Positions 1 through 7,600 are shown, counted from the first letter of the stretch. The stretch is 12,881 nucleotides of DNA from an uncultured archaeon (GCA_964549075.1 CAZJUB010000074.1:1-12881); one strand, 5' to 3'. Numbers and translations: made by a program. The notes: generated by a model from the letters alone, not told the origin.

Positions 1-398
1 CCAGGCGCATCAAAACCTGTACAAGTGACAGTTATAACATGAGAAATTTTACTTTTATCAAAATTTGGATTAGCATCAAACAATTTCTGGACTGCTTGTT
101 TTCCTAATCTAAGCGCTTCAATTGCATAAAGATCATTTCTCTGTTTGGTAGATGGTTCAGGTCTTAGAGTTTTATTCTTTGGATAGAAGGTAAAATCCTT
201 TGGATTTTTACCATAGTCATCAATAACAGTGTGTCTTTTTCTTATTTCAGTTCCTTTGTAAACTTTATTCAAAAACACTCTTTTATATGGTGTGTCTGCT
301 ACTATTCGCTTCATTTCTTTCAAGGCAAATTTTTGTGTATAGAATTTTTCAGGTACAGTTATAGCTATTGAATGAAGATAGACTTTATGCTCTGTCAA
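1..398 (-). CDS. Type III polyketide synthase (chalcone/stilbene synthase family), N-terminal 132 codons; runs off the left edge
   Basis: Not in the ORF track. Manual translation from TTG at 398 gives MTEHKVYLHSIAITVPEKFYTQ...VYKGTEIRKRHTVI...EPSTKQRNDLYAIEALRLGKQAVQKLF...ISHVITVTCTGFDAP(G). The IxxRH, PSTxxRNxxY and 'I(S/T)HxITV(S/T)CTGFxAPG' segments are typical of bacterial-type type III PKSs. An in-frame TGA at 440-438 bounds the start, and AGGA lies ~9 nt upstream of the TTG. Confidence 0.88.
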   Translation of the reverse strand, partial: MTEHKVYLHSIAITVPEKFYTQKFALKEMKRIVADTPYKRVFLNKVYKGTEIRKRHTVIDDYGKNPKDFTFYPKNKTLRPEPSTKQRNDLYAIEALRLGKQAVQKLFDANPNFDKSKISHVITVTCTGFDAP

Positions 399-499
399 TT
401 GAATCTTTCCTGGTACTGCTATAAGGTTTAATGGAACTCATCTTTATCTTTTAGAAACTACTTTTATATTTTATTATAGCGATTGATATTATTAAAATC

Positions 500-1366
500 T
501 CAAGAACTAAAGAAATCAGCTAATTTCTGTTGCCCTTTAAAAACAGTTTTTTTAGGTTCAATTACAATAAGTCTTTTTTCTGCTAAAATTTCTTTGAATT
601 TTCTTGCAGCAGGTGGAGCATAACCAGAAAAGTGGTTGTTGATAAAAACATACCCACTGCTCTTATTTGGATTATTTTGATAAGCTTCTTGTAACTCATG
701 TGCTGTTTTTTCTATTAAACTAGTTCTATCTTTGAGTTCTCTTCCTAGACCAATTGGTTGTTGATGAGATCCAATTAGTCTCAAATAGAAATATTCTTTT
801 TTCACTTCTTCGAATAAATTAAATTTTATGTATGGTAGGTACGAGCTTACAATCCCTAGTTTTTTTTCATTAAGGAGATCATAGGTTTCTTGGTTAAACC
901 ATGTTGCATGCCTAAATTCTATTATTAGTTCATATTCATTGTGAGGAAAGAAATCAATAAATTCAATTATTTGTTCTAGATTAGTTTCGTTCCTCTCAAA
1001 ACTGGGTTGGAGTTGCATGACAAGAGGACCAAGATTCTTCTTCAGAGGACTCATTATATTTAGGAAATCATTAAGCTGTTTTTCAACTCCTGAAAGATAA
1101 TCAGATTGACAAATTGATTTAGGTATCTTTGCTGTTAAGATGAAATCTTCAGGAAGTAATTTAGCCCATCTTGTAGTTGTTTGGAATTTAGGAAAGGCGT
1201 AGAATGTTGAGTTTATCTCGCAAGTTGTAAATCGGGTACTATAATATTCAAGTAAATCCAAATTATTAATCTTGGAAGGATAAAAACCTCCTGAACTACT
1301 TTTCCAGTCTTCATAATTGAATCCTGTACATCCAACATGAATTTTTGCATCTTGCATTTCTCTCAT
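500..1366 (-). CDS. DUF72 (YecE-like) TIM-barrel protein
   Basis: Motifs IHVGCTGFNYEDW, FYP, LEYYSTRFTTCEINSTFYAFP, LGPLVMQLQPSF, IEFRHATW, YLRLIG and YVFINNH...AP match the DUF72 family. Alternative ATG at 1357. Confidence 0.93.
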   Translation of the reverse strand: MREMQDAKIHVGCTGFNYEDWKSSSGGFYPSKINNLDLLEYYSTRFTTCEINSTFYAFPKFQTTTRWAKLLPEDFILTAKIPKSICQSDYLSGVEKQLNDFLNIMSPLKKNLGPLVMQLQPSFERNETNLEQIIEFIDFFPHNEYELIIEFRHATWFNQETYDLLNEKKLGIVSSYLPYIKFNLFEEVKKEYFYLRLIGSHQQPIGLGRELKDRTSLIEKTAHELQEAYQNNPNKSSGYVFINNHFSGYAPPAARKFKEILAEKRLIVIEPKKTVFKGQQKLADFFSS

Positions 1367-1451
1367 CCAAATAGCATTTTTTTACTATAAAAATATCTAA
1401 AATAGCTACTAAAAGCTTTCTAACAATTGCGGATGAAACTATTAGAATGTA

Positions 1452-1476
1452 TTTAAAAAGAAAAACGGTTGTTTTT
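1452..1476 (+). promoter_or_regulatory. Candidate archaeal TATA-like box (TTTAAAAA, 1452-1459) followed by the inverted repeat AAAAAC-GGTT-GTTTTT (1461-1476)
   Basis: The box starts ~25 nt upstream of the first base of the 1477-1565 stem. The inverted repeat has perfect 6-bp arms and sits between the box and the predicted start site. The AT-rich context weakens significance. Confidence 0.4.
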
Positions 1477-1565
1477 ATGCCGATAGGCCCCCTTGCCAAG
1501 AGGATGCATGAGTGGTTAAATACTTCGTGTGGTAGCCACTCAAATTTCCTCTTCAATATCGGCAT
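1477..1565 (+). ncRNA. Candidate structured non-coding RNA (89 nt, three-way junction or long rod), family not recognised
   Basis: ATGCCGATA(1477-85)/TATCGGCAT(1557-65) forms 9 bp; GGC-CCCCTT-GCC is a mini-hairpin (1486-97); AAGAGGA(1498-1504)/TCCTCTT(1547-53) forms 7 bp; a 4x4 internal loop follows; TGAGTGGTTA(1509-18)/TAGCCACTCA(1533-42) forms 10 bp with one G-U; the apex is ATAC-TTC-GTGT with one G-U. It is 42/89 GC in an AT-rich intergenic region, and the G-U pairs only work on the + strand. Confidence 0.62.
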
Positions 1566-1614
1566 TTTCCACCACTTTGAAATTCTTATTTTAATTCTCA
1601 ATGTCTCTTCAGAT

Positions 1615-1650
1615 GATTTTATAAAGATTCGTTATATTCTGAGCCAAGGA
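1615..1650 (+). promoter_or_regulatory. Candidate TATA box (TTTTATAAA, 1617-1625) and RBS (AAGGA, 1646-1650) of lat
   Basis: Position and spacing relative to the ATG at 1659/1662. Confidence 0.45.
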
Positions 1651-1658
1651 AGTGTTTT

Positions 1659-2966
1659 ATGATGGATGCTATTTCAATTATAAGCAAATATATGCTCGCT
1701 GATGGTTTTGATATGGTTGTCGACCTTGATAAAAGCCATGGAAGCAGATTAGTTGATAAAAAAACTGGTAAAAGTTATTTAGATTTCTTCTCGTTCTTTG
1801 CTTCTTCTCCTATAGGATTGAATCATCCAAATTTGTTGGACGATGATTTCTTAAAAAGATTAGCAAGAGTAGCAGTAAATAAACCAAGTTGTTCAGATTT
1901 TTATACAGAAGAAATGGCCGAATTTGTTGAGACTTTTGGGAGAGTAGGGATACCTGGTTTTCTTCCAAATTTGTTCTTAATTAGTGGTGGAGCTTTAGCA
2001 GTAGAAAATGCTTTAAAAGCATCTTTTGACTGGAGAGTTAGAAAGAATTTCAAAAAAGGATATACCAATGAATTGGGGAGTAAAGTTATTCATTTTAAAC
2101 AAGCTTTCCATGGGAGATCAGGATATACATTGAGTTTAACCAATACTTTTGATCCACGAAAAACCAAATATTATCCTAAATTTGATTGGCCTCGTGTATC
2201 TAATCCAAAAGTAACTTTTCCAATCGAAGAAAATTTCGAACAAATAATGATTGCGGAAGATAAGAGCATTCAAGAAATACACGAAGCAGTAGAAAAATAT
2301 GGCGATGATATCGCATGTTTAATTATTGAACCTGTACAAGCAGAAGGGGGAGATAATCATTTCCGTCCTCAATTCTTTAAAAGGTTAAGAGAGCTAGCAG
2401 ATATTCATGACTTTTTACTAATATATGATGAAATTCAAACTGGAGTAGGTATGACAGGCAAATTCTGGGCTTTCGAACACTTTGAAGGTGGTCAACCTGA
2501 TATTCTTTGTTTCGGAAAGAAAATGCAAGTCTGTGGAATTCTCGCTTCCAATAGAATCAAAGAAGTTGAAAAAAGTGTTTTTGAAGAAAGTAGCAGAATT
2601 AATAGTACCTGGGGAGGAAATCTAGTTGATATGTTTCGAGCAACTAAATATCTTGAAGTTATTGAAAAGGAAAAACTAGTAGATAATGCTGCTAAGATGG
2701 GAGAGTATATGCTACGTCAAACTCAGGAGTTACAAGAAGATTTCTCCGAAAAGATTTCTAATGCACGAGGACTAGGTCTTTTAATTGCTTTTAATTTGAC
2801 TAGTGCTGAGAAAAGAAACAAGGTCAAACAACAAGCTTACAAACAGAATCTTTTACTCTTAGGTTGTGGAGAAAAAACAATTCGTTTCAGACCTTATTTA
2901 AATGTTAATGAATCTGAAATTGATGAGGGTATGAATATTCTCAGAGATATTTTAAAAGAACTCTGA
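1659..2966 (+). CDS. lat: L-lysine 6-transaminase (class III PLP-dependent aminotransferase)
   Basis: MLADGFDMVVDLDKSHGS, YLDFFSFFASSPIGLNHP, NKPSCSDFY, GGALAVENALK, AFHGRSGYTLSLTNT, IEPVQAEGGDNHF, DEIQTG, FGKKMQVCG (PLP lysine) and SRINSTWGG are the motif set of lysine epsilon-aminotransferases. Confidence 0.93.
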   Translation: MMDAISIISKYMLADGFDMVVDLDKSHGSRLVDKKTGKSYLDFFSFFASSPIGLNHPNLLDDDFLKRLARVAVNKPSCSDFYTEEMAEFVETFGRVGIPGFLPNLFLISGGALAVENALKASFDWRVRKNFKKGYTNELGSKVIHFKQAFHGRSGYTLSLTNTFDPRKTKYYPKFDWPRVSNPKVTFPIEENFEQIMIAEDKSIQEIHEAVEKYGDDIACLIIEPVQAEGGDNHFRPQFFKRLRELADIHDFLLIYDEIQTGVGMTGKFWAFEHFEGGQPDILCFGKKMQVCGILASNRIKEVEKSVFEESSRINSTWGGNLVDMFRATKYLEVIEKEKLVDNAAKMGEYMLRQTQELQEDFSEKISNARGLGLLIAFNLTSAEKRNKVKQQAYKQNLLLLGCGEKTIRFRPYLNVNESEIDEGMNILRDILKEL

Positions 2967-2969
2967 GAA

Positions 2970-2981
2970 TTTTTGTTTTTT
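2970..2981 (+). terminator. Oligo-T tract (TTTTTGTTTTTT), candidate archaeal-type terminator after lat
   Basis: T-run begins 4 nt after the lat stop codon, with no GC hairpin. Confidence 0.4.
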
Positions 2982-3020
2982 ATCCTAATGGATCAAAATT
3001 AAAGCTTCCATGCTAAACTA

Positions 3021-3054
3021 TTTATATTCAATTCTTGTTGCTAGCACAAGGTGA
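3021..3054 (+). promoter_or_regulatory. Candidate TATA box (TTTATATT, 3021-3028) and RBS (AGGTGA, 3049-3054) for the formiminotransferase operon
   Basis: Box is ~30 nt and GGTGA is 4 nt upstream of the ATG at 3059. Confidence 0.5.
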
Positions 3055-3058
3055 AAAA

Positions 3059-3970
3059 ATGCCTTTAGTTGAGTGTGTGCCTAATTTTTCAGAAGGAAGA
3101 AGGCAAGAGGTTATCGATCAGATTCTTGATGTTATTAAAAAAGCTGGTAAAATCACTCTTTTAGACAGTCGTATGGATCCTGATCACAACCGTGCTGTGG
3201 TTACATTCATTGGAGAACCTAATGAATGCGTTAAAGCTGCATTTGCAGGATGTAAAAAAGCAGCTGAATTAATAGACTTAAACCAACATGAAGGAGAACA
3301 TAACCGTTTTGGTTCTACAGATGTTATCCCCTTTATTCCTGTTTCAGATATTAGTTTAGAAGAATGTGCTGAACTTGCTAAGAAACTTGGAGAAAAAATT
3401 GCTAAAGATTTGAAAATTCCTATTTATCTATATGGAGACGCTGCTATTATCCCAGAAAGAGAAGTACTTCAGAATTACAGGACAAAATCCTTCCAATATG
3501 AACAGCTGAAAGAAGAAATAGCAACTAATGATAAATATATTCCCGATTTTGGAGAGAGGAAAGTTCATCCAACAGCTGGTGCAACCAATGTTGGTGCTCG
3601 TAATTTTCTAATAGCTTACAACATTTACTTGAATACTGATGATATGGAAGTTGCTAAAGCTATTGCTAGAAATATCCGATTCTCTGGAGGAGGATTAAGA
3701 TTTATTCAAGCTGGAGCTATGAATATTGAAGAAAGAGGTGTTGTTCAAGTTTCAATGAATGTAACTAATTATACAGGAACTCCTTTACATCGAGTTTTCG
3801 ATATGGTTAAGCGTGAAGCTGAAAGATATGGTGTTGCAGTAACAGAATCAGAAATTTATGGTATGCTACCTTTAGATGCTCTTCTTGATGCTGCAGAAAA
3901 CTATTTACAATTAAATAACTTTGACAGATCTCAAATTATCGAAAAAAGAATTTTTGGAAAAAGTGAATAA
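3059..3970 (+). CDS. ftcd: Glutamate formiminotransferase
   Basis: MPLVECVPNFSEGR, DPDHNRAVVT, IDLNQHEGEHNRFGSTDVIPFIP, HPTAGATNVGARNFLIAYN and VQVSMN. The start was moved from the track's 3035 to the ATG at 3059, behind AGGTGA. Confidence 0.95.
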   Translation: MPLVECVPNFSEGRRQEVIDQILDVIKKAGKITLLDSRMDPDHNRAVVTFIGEPNECVKAAFAGCKKAAELIDLNQHEGEHNRFGSTDVIPFIPVSDISLEECAELAKKLGEKIAKDLKIPIYLYGDAAIIPEREVLQNYRTKSFQYEQLKEEIATNDKYIPDFGERKVHPTAGATNVGARNFLIAYNIYLNTDDMEVAKAIARNIRFSGGGLRFIQAGAMNIEERGVVQVSMNVTNYTGTPLHRVFDMVKREAERYGVAVTESEIYGMLPLDALLDAAENYLQLNNFDRSQIIEKRIFGKSE

Positions 3971-3971
3971 A

Positions 3972-4610
3972 ATGGCTGAAATGTTAATAGATAAAGTAAT
4001 AACTGAGTTTTTAGATGAGCTTGCTAGTAATTCTCCTGCTCCAGGTGGTGGAGCCGCAGCTTGTTTAGCTGGTGCTATGGGAGCTGCTCTAGGATCGATG
4101 GTTGCTAGATTGACCATTGGTAAAGAAGGTTACGAAGATGTAGAAGAATTTTTCAAAGCTAAGCTTGAAAAGACTGAAACTCTTCGTAAGAAATTAACAG
4201 AACTGACAGATAAAGATGCTAATGCTTTCAGTGGTGTAATCAAAGCTTTTGGTATGCCTAAAGATACAGAAGAACAAAAAGTTGCTCGTTCAGCTAAAAT
4301 ATTAGCTGAGTATAAAATAGCTGCAGAAGTTCCTCTTGAAACTTGTAAAGCTTGCAGAGAAGTGATTGATCTTCAAATTGAAATGGGAACAAAAGGAAAT
4401 CGACAAGCACTTTCTGATATTGCTGTAGGTGCACTGTGTGCTTTAACTGGTCTTAAGAGTGCGTTGCATAACGTTGAGATCAATTTAGGATGGATTAAAA
4501 ATAAAGATGCAGAATATGCTGAAAAGATGTATGCAGAGCTAGAAGGGCTTATTGAAGGTGTCGACGAAAAAGTCAACGAATTAGATAAAGAGATAAAAGC
4601 AACTTTCTAA
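3972..4610 (+). CDS. Formiminotetrahydrofolate cyclodeaminase / methenyl-THF cyclohydrolase (FTCD_C family)
   Basis: FLDELASNSPAPGGGAAA, LGSMVARLT, DANAF, AAEVPLE, GNRQALSD and ALHNVEINL. ATG at 3972 follows the ftcd stop after a 1-nt gap, implying coupling. Confidence 0.93.
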   Translation: MAEMLIDKVITEFLDELASNSPAPGGGAAACLAGAMGAALGSMVARLTIGKEGYEDVEEFFKAKLEKTETLRKKLTELTDKDANAFSGVIKAFGMPKDTEEQKVARSAKILAEYKIAAEVPLETCKACREVIDLQIEMGTKGNRQALSDIAVGALCALTGLKSALHNVEINLGWIKNKDAEYAEKMYAELEGLIEGVDEKVNELDKEIKATF

Positions 4611-4736
4611 TCTCTTTACTTCAATTTTATCGACCTTTAATTGAGTTTAAACATCAATTTTTTCCTATCATTTATTTAGATTTATTATGGTTACTTGGCA
4701 AATATATTTTATATTAAGAAAGAATATCTTTTTGAA

Positions 4737-5291
4737 ATGACAGGTCAGATTAATGATTCCTTCCTTTACAAAGGAGAAGTTTATTCTTTATCTGGGTACA
4801 CAAAAGGAGAACCATTTTCACCACTAGATTATGGTTTCTTACCAAACGCTGCAACCACTGCTTGCTGGAGAGGTTTTGTACTCTGCTATACTATAGAAGA
4901 TGAGGATTTGATTCTCGTCAATATGGAAATTAATAATGAAGAAGAACTTGAGTTAAATGGTATTAAACCTAAGATTCGTGAAGATAGTTTACGTCTCCAT
5001 TACCAATATGTAAATCTTAAACTTGAATATTCAGGAAAGATTCTAATTGCAAAAGATTTCATTCAAAGTATGTACGTTCATATGGGTTTTCAAAGAGCTT
5101 CTTCCTATGAAACTGTGTTAGAACTTAAATTTAAAAAAGGAAAATTAGTCTCAGAAAAAGATTTGTCTTCTACAATGAAGAAGCGAAGAAAGAAGCAACC
5201 AAATGAAGGATTAGAGCCAAAATCTAAAGATGAAAAAGGAATACGAGAATGGATTAAAAATACTTTTTCATTAAAATATAAAGATGAATAA
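4737..5291 (+). CDS. Conserved hypothetical protein (MTxQIxD / TACWRG / YVHMGF type)
   Basis: 184-aa ORF from the ATG at 4737 (track start 4695 is TTG). TTTTATAT at 4707-4714 suggests a leaderless transcript. The motifs recall an uncharacterised family I have seen in diverse prokaryotes; no function assignable. Confidence 0.8.
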   Translation: MTGQINDSFLYKGEVYSLSGYTKGEPFSPLDYGFLPNAATTACWRGFVLCYTIEDEDLILVNMEINNEEELELNGIKPKIREDSLRLHYQYVNLKLEYSGKILIAKDFIQSMYVHMGFQRASSYETVLELKFKKGKLVSEKDLSSTMKKRRKKQPNEGLEPKSKDEKGIREWIKNTFSLKYKDE

Positions 5292-5346
5292 GATATAATG
5301 TAACTAAATTCAAAGAATTAAAAAACAATAAAATCTGTGAAAATTC

Positions 5347-5892
5347 ATGGGACTGCTAGAAAATATAGAAGAAAAATTAAATCCAATTGATGGTTTCCTA
5401 TCTATTAAACCTAATCTTAGACTAGCAGCAGTTCTAATACCAGTTTTTATTGAAAAAAAAGAATTACTTTTCACTAAAAGAACTGAAAATTTACGTCAGC
5501 ATCAAGGTCAAATTTCTTTTCCTGGTGGTAAATTTGAAGAAAAGGACAATACTTTAACAGAGACAATATTAAGAGAAACGGAAGAAGAAGTTGGAATACA
5601 TAGGAAGAATATAGATTTGAAAGGAAGATTACCACCTCTAATTTCAACAAGCAAAAATTATGTTTATCCTTTTGTAGGTTTTATACTAGGTAATCCAAAA
5701 ATTGAGATAAATCCTGAAGAAGTACAAGAATATTTTCTAACAAAAATAGATCATCTCTTAGATCCTGAAACTTTAGAAAATGGTTTAATAAAAGGTGAAG
5801 TTCGGAAATATTATCGTGTGGAACATTACAAAATTTGGGGATTAACTCAACAGATACTCTCTGATTTTCTTGCTATCATTAAAAATCCATAG
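5347..5892 (+). CDS. Nudix hydrolase, CoA pyrophosphatase subfamily (NudL/Pcd1/NUDT7-like)
   Basis: AAVLIP, LLFTKRTENLRQHQGQISFPGG (NuCoA-type motif), Nudix box GGKFEEKDNTLTETILRETEEEVG and C-terminal IWGLT. Confidence 0.92.
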   Translation: MGLLENIEEKLNPIDGFLSIKPNLRLAAVLIPVFIEKKELLFTKRTENLRQHQGQISFPGGKFEEKDNTLTETILRETEEEVGIHRKNIDLKGRLPPLISTSKNYVYPFVGFILGNPKIEINPEEVQEYFLTKIDHLLDPETLENGLIKGEVRKYYRVEHYKIWGLTQQILSDFLAIIKNP

Positions 5893-5922
5893 AACTATTT
5901 CAAGTTAATTTACTCATATAAA

Positions 5923-7551
5923 CTAATTTAATTTTATTCTTCTTAAATGTCTGAGAATTATTAAAATACAAAAAATTACTATAGGGACCCCAACTCCTAA
6001 AGAAATGCCTAAAATAGCAATTAAATTATCTAGAATTTTAAAATTAAAAGGTCCATTATAGAATTCTGATTCATTAGATAAATGTCCTTTTTTATCCGCA
6101 AGAATTAATGATAATTCATAATCCCCAGGTTCAATATCTCCTAAATTATATCTAATGGTTTTAGATTGCCAATACTTGGGGAACACAATACTGTTGTTCA
6201 GTATTAAATCATTATTTAAGTACAAGAAGTATTGTCCCGTAAAATTAGTTTTAGATTTGAAATTATACCAAACATTCCACTCAGCAATAAGCTCATTTCC
6301 AGTATTTACTAATTTTGGTTCTAAAACAAAAGGTGTAAATCTGATTCTCTCGACTTTGTAGATTTCATAGTACATATTATCTCCATGAGTAGAATTTGAT
6401 TGCCAGACAATTTCACCATCAGGACTTACTTCCACAAATTTTGAACCGGTCTCATCAATTGTATCAGAGGTATATGCAAGTACACCGAATTTATTATCAT
6501 TAGGCAACAAATCACAGTCACCCCAAATAGGAGTCCAATATTCTGTAGGACTAATCCATTCCCAAGTTATATTTGCGATCATTTTCTTTTCATCAATTGT
6601 TATCTCCAAAAATCTCGATTGTTTATTTAATGCGTTCGTTTGATTATGAAAATCGTTATCGAAGAGAAGAAATTTATTTTTACCTATTTTTTCAAGACTA
6701 TGACTGTGATAGAAAAGAATGTCTTTTTCTTTTCCATATATGTTGTATAAATTAAAATTACCGTATTCTCCTATCCCCCACACTTTTTCTCCAGTTTCAT
6801 AATCTATTTTATAAAATGTATTTGTGTTTCTACAGTTCAGATATATCATCTTTTCATCTTCATCAAAACAAAGAGAATTAGCATGCGTAATGTCTTTAGA
6901 TGCATTTACCAGATCTTCATAAGGGCAAGTTTGCCAAGGTTCTACATAATTTCTTGTATCAAATGAACGCAATAAAGAACCTGTTGAATTATATTCATTA
7001 ATTAAATCATAGATATATGTACTTCCATTAATCTCGATAGTGTAGAATCCTAAAGTTAAAAACGTTTTATTCAGGTAATTAACTTCAATATCATGATGTC
7101 CTCCAAATCCGAGAATAGAGAGTGTATCAGTTTCTATATTCCACAACCTAACAGCTTCAGAATCACCATAAATTAAAGTAGTTGAGTTGTAAAATTCGAT
7201 ATCAGCTATCTCATCAGTTGAGCTTATGTTCTTTTCAAGAACAATATTCTCATTCATATCAGTAATCAGAATTCTTCTATCAACTACAATTCCTGTATCT
7301 GCCCACTTTCTTTCAAGTATATATAGATTATATCCTTCAAAATATTTGGTTGTGTTTTCGGTGATTTTGTACCTAATGCAACTAAAATTAGAGGTGGAAC
7401 TATCTGATAAAACATAATTTTTTTGTGAAACTAATATGAGACAAAATATCATTAAAGCTGTTATTTTGATATTAAAGAATCGTCTGTTATAATTTCCAAG
7501 GATTTTTACCATCAGTTCATACAACTCTAGTACCTTAAAATATTCTTCCAT
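5923..7551 (-). CDS. Secreted, C-terminally membrane-anchored arylsulfate sulfotransferase (ASST)-like beta-propeller protein
   Basis: GHHDI, DITHANSL, YHSHS and LLFDND motifs and WxW/WxxG blade ends. It has an N-terminal hydrophobic signal (ITALMIFCLILV), an Ig-like segment (PGDYELSLILAD) and a C-terminal TM helix with a basic tail (ILGISLGVGVPIVIFCILIILRHLRR). The start may be the ATG at 7512. Confidence 0.78.
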   Translation of the reverse strand: MEEYFKVLELYELMVKILGNYNRRFFNIKITALMIFCLILVSQKNYVLSDSSTSNFSCIRYKITENTTKYFEGYNLYILERKWADTGIVVDRRILITDMNENIVLEKNISSTDEIADIEFYNSTTLIYGDSEAVRLWNIETDTLSILGFGGHHDIEVNYLNKTFLTLGFYTIEINGSTYIYDLINEYNSTGSLLRSFDTRNYVEPWQTCPYEDLVNASKDITHANSLCFDEDEKMIYLNCRNTNTFYKIDYETGEKVWGIGEYGNFNLYNIYGKEKDILFYHSHSLEKIGKNKFLLFDNDFHNQTNALNKQSRFLEITIDEKKMIANITWEWISPTEYWTPIWGDCDLLPNDNKFGVLAYTSDTIDETGSKFVEVSPDGEIVWQSNSTHGDNMYYEIYKVERIRFTPFVLEPKLVNTGNELIAEWNVWYNFKSKTNFTGQYFLYLNNDLILNNSIVFPKYWQSKTIRYNLGDIEPGDYELSLILADKKGHLSNESEFYNGPFNFKILDNLIAILGISLGVGVPIVIFCILIILRHLRRIKLN

Positions 7552-7600
7552 TTAGGGACTAAGATAATAGAAGTATTGTTCGATCTATCAAATATTTGTT

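Noticed and set aside
1505-1546. Eukaryote-like SECIS (ATGA...AAA)
   Set aside because: No opposing GA for the tandem G-A core (the strand is Watson-Crick CTCA), and no selenoprotein-type in-frame TGA was seen in neighbouring genes.
1498-1573. tRNA-like look of AAGAGGA-TG-CATGAGTGGTTAAA (D-loop-like) and a downstream CCACCA
   Set aside because: The putative acceptor strands span only ~56 nt, there is no anticodon arm or proper T-arm, and GAGTGG is fully paired in a 10-bp helix.
1477-1620. Lysine riboswitch upstream of lat (AGAGGATGC resembles the AGAGGxGC start)
   Set aside because: Too short, and lacks the five-way junction, the loop E and kink-turn elements and the kissing loops.
1311-1662. 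Track ORFs 1311..1601 (-) and 1447..1662 (+)
   Set aside because: No recognisable protein features; they cross promoters and the structured element and overlap real genes.
3911-4576. Antisense ORFs 3911..4117 and 4373..4576
   Set aside because: Shadow frames opposite the well-supported formiminotransferase and cyclodeaminase genes.
6155-7417. Short + strand ORFs at 6155, 6573 and 7226
   Set aside because: Antisense shadows of the ASST-like gene with no motifs or start signals.
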